Shown: in pieces, positions 61,290-64,000 of the stretch
Position numbering within the stretch: the first letter of the stretch is position 1
Layout of the letters: every line of letters begins with the position of its first letter
From: Heterodontus francisci
Taxonomy: Eukaryota
Reading direction: 5' to 3'
Assembly (NCBI RefSeq): GCF_036365525.1
Contig: NC_090404.1
Span: 13,668,550-13,732,549 of the forward strand
DNA: 64,000 nucleotides
Made by a program: the position numbers and the translations under genes
Notes under the pieces: model-generated
Told to the model about the DNA's origin: nothing
Database searches by the model: none
What the model saw: the letters and a program-made list of their open reading frames with translations, nothing else

Positions 61290-64000
61290 AGCAGAACATA
61301 AAAGCATAAGAAATAGGAGCAGGAGTAGGCCATTCGGCCCCTCAAGCCTGCCCCATCATTCAATAAGATCATGGTTGACCTGCACCAGACCTCAACTCCT
61401 CTTTCGTTCTAGCTCCTCATAACCCTCAACTCCCCGATATTTCAAAAATCTATCTGCCTCCTCTTTAAATATTTTCAGTAATCTAGCCTCCACAACTCTC
61501 TGAGGTAGAGAATTCCAGACATTCATTACCCTCTGAGGGAAGAAATTACTTCACATCTCAGTGGTAAATGAGTGTCCCCGTATTCTGTAACTATACCCCC
61601 TAGTTTGAGATTTCCCCACTTCCGAAAACATCTTCTCAACATCTACCCTATTAAGCCCCCTCAGAATCTTGCATGTTTCAATAAGATCACCCCTCATTCT
61701 TCTAAACTCTAAACAATCAAGGCCTAACCTGTTTAGCCGTTCTTGATAAGCCAACCCCTTCATCCCAGGAATCAGCCTAGTGAATCTCTTTTGAACTGCC
61801 TCCAATGCCAGTATATCCTTTCTTAAATACGGGACCAAAACTGTACACAGTACTCCAGGTGCAGCCTCACCAACACGCTGTACAGTTGTAACAAGACTTT
61901 CCTATTTTTAAAGTCCAACCCCTAGTTATAAAGGCCAAAATTCCATTTGCCTTCTTAATTCCTTGCTGCACCTGCATGCTGACGTTTTTGTGTTTCATGC
62001 ACAAGAACACCCAGATCCCTCTGTGCTGCACTTTTTTGAAGTCTCTCTCCATTTAAATAATAGTCTGCCTTTTGATTCTCCCTACCAAGTGCATGACCTC
62101 ACACTTTCCTACATGAAACTCCATCTGCCAAGTTTTTGCCCACTCACTCAACCTATCTATATCCTCTTGCAGATTCCTTATGTCCTCATCACAACATGCC
62201 CTCCCACTCATTTTTGTATCGTAGGCAAATTTGGATATATTACACTCTGCCCCCTTCTCCATGTCATTAATATAGAAGGTAAATGATTGACTCTCTAATG
62301 ATTGATCCTGTGGCACCCCACTAGTTACGTCTTCCCAACCTGAAAAAAAAAACATTAGTCCCAACTCTCTGTCTTCTGTGAGTTTACCAATCCTCAATCC
62401 ATGCTAATACATTACCTCCAATACCGTGAACTCCTATCTTATGCAATAATCTTTTATGTGGCACGTTATCGAATGCCTTCTGGAAATCCAAATACACTAC
62501 ATCTACCGGTTCCCTTTTATCAACTCTACTTGTTATATCTTCAAAGACCTGTAGCAAATTTGTCAAACATGATTTCCCTGTCACAAAATCATGTTGACTC
62601 TGTTTGATTACATTAAGCTTTTCGAAATGCCCTGCTATTTCTTCCTTAATAATGGACTCCAGCATTTTCCCAACGACCGATGTTAGGCTGACTGGAATAT
62701 ATTTCTAGCTTTTTGTCTCTCTCCCTTCTTGTACAGGGGTGTCGAATTAGTGGTTTTCCAATCCGCCGAGACCCTCCCGGAATCCAGTGAGTTCTGTAAT
62801 ATTTTGACCAATGCCTTCACTATCCAGGCAACCACTTCCTTTCAAACCCCTGGATGCAGGTCATCAGGTCCTGGCGACTTGTCTGCCTTTACTCCCATTA
62901 GTTTGTCAAATACGTTGTCCCTCGTATAGGGACTGTTACAAGATCTTTCGTCCCATTAGCACCTTGCTTATGAGATATCAGTGGGATGTTTATAGTGTCC
63001 TCCACCGAAAAGACTGATGCAAAATATTGGTTCATGTTATCTGCCATTTCCCTGTTCCCCGTTATCAATTCTCCAGTCGCATCCTCCAAGAGTCCACGCT
63101 CACTTTAGCTACTCTCTTTCTTTTTATATACCCGTAGAAGCTCTTGCTGTTTGTTTTTATATTTCTTACCAATTTATTTTCATAATCAATTTTCTGCTTC
63201 TTTATTAGCTATTTAGTGATCTGCTGCTGGTTCCTAAAAGGTTGCCAATTCTCTGGCCTACCACTAGTTTCTGTCGCTTTGTGTGCCTTAATTTTTGATT
63301 GGATACTCTCCTTGACCACCTTTGTTAACCACTTCTGGTTCATCTTTCTCATTGAGTCCTTCTTTTTGACCGGGATAAATTTTTGCTGAGCATTATAAAA
63401 TATCTGCTTAAATGTCTGCCACTACCCATCCACTGACCTTCTCCTTAGTCTATTTTCCAAGCCAGCTTTTGACAACTCTGGTTTGAGACCCGAGTTTCTC
63501 ACTTTCAAAGTGAATTTGAAATTCTACCATATTGTGATCACTACTCCCCAGAGGATCCTTAACTACGATATCTCTTATTAATCCTACCTCATTACACATT
63601 ACTAGATCTAAAATAGCCTATTCCCGTGTAGGTTCTGCAACGTATTTCTCTAAATAACAATTCCTGATGCACTCTACAAATTCGCCTTCCATGTTACCTC
63701 TGCCAATCTGATTTGTCAGTCAATATATAGATTAAAATCGCCCATGAAAATTGTAGCGGCCTTCTTACGCGCCTCCGTTATTTCCCGATTTATCCTTTGT
63801 ACTACAGTGAGACAACTGTTCGGGGGCCTATAGACGACTCCCACCCGTGACTTCTTCCCTTGCTATTCCTTATTTCCACCCAAACTGATTCCACATCACG
63901 ATCTAATGCATCTATATCACTACTCACCACCGCACTGATACTATCATTTACATTAGAACATTAGAACATTAGAGCATTACATTTACTAACAAAGCTACCC
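61290..64000 (-). mobile_element. CR1 LINE ORF2, degenerate, runs off the window
   Basis: SQHDFVTGKSCLTNL, YLDFQKAFDNVPH; APE remnants near the window end. Confidence 0.93.

Overview
Eukaryotic (vertebrate) genomic DNA, almost certainly from a cartilaginous fish (shark/ray). The basis is HE1-type and SacSINE1-type SINEs, dense CR1 LINEs, Penelope fragments and a shark-type IgM exon. The window is part of a T-cell receptor alpha/delta variable-segment array. There are two V clusters, at about 0.7-18.1 kb and 55.9-60.7 kb. They hold 5 V exons with open frames and good RSS (842+, 2155+, 7064+, 9711-, 58027+) and at least 9 V pseudogenes or relics on both strands, several of them invisible in the ORF track. 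Between them lies about 37 kb with no confident V, containing a C2H2 zinc-finger gene with a CpG-island promoter, a second orphan CpG island, a tRNA-Glu pseudogene, nested LINEs and a decayed IgM C-mu4/secretory-tail exon. The most notable observations are: (1) three V segments share an RSS with a 24-nt rather than 23-nt spacer, and each has a CTCF motif about 20-25 nt downstream; (2) an IgH mu constant remnant sits inside a TCR V array; (3) leaders and RSS cassettes have been shuffled between V families. No D, J or TCR C segments were seen, so alpha versus delta usage and locus polarity cannot be fixed. All family assignments are from manual recognition without database searches, and repeat boundaries are approximate.
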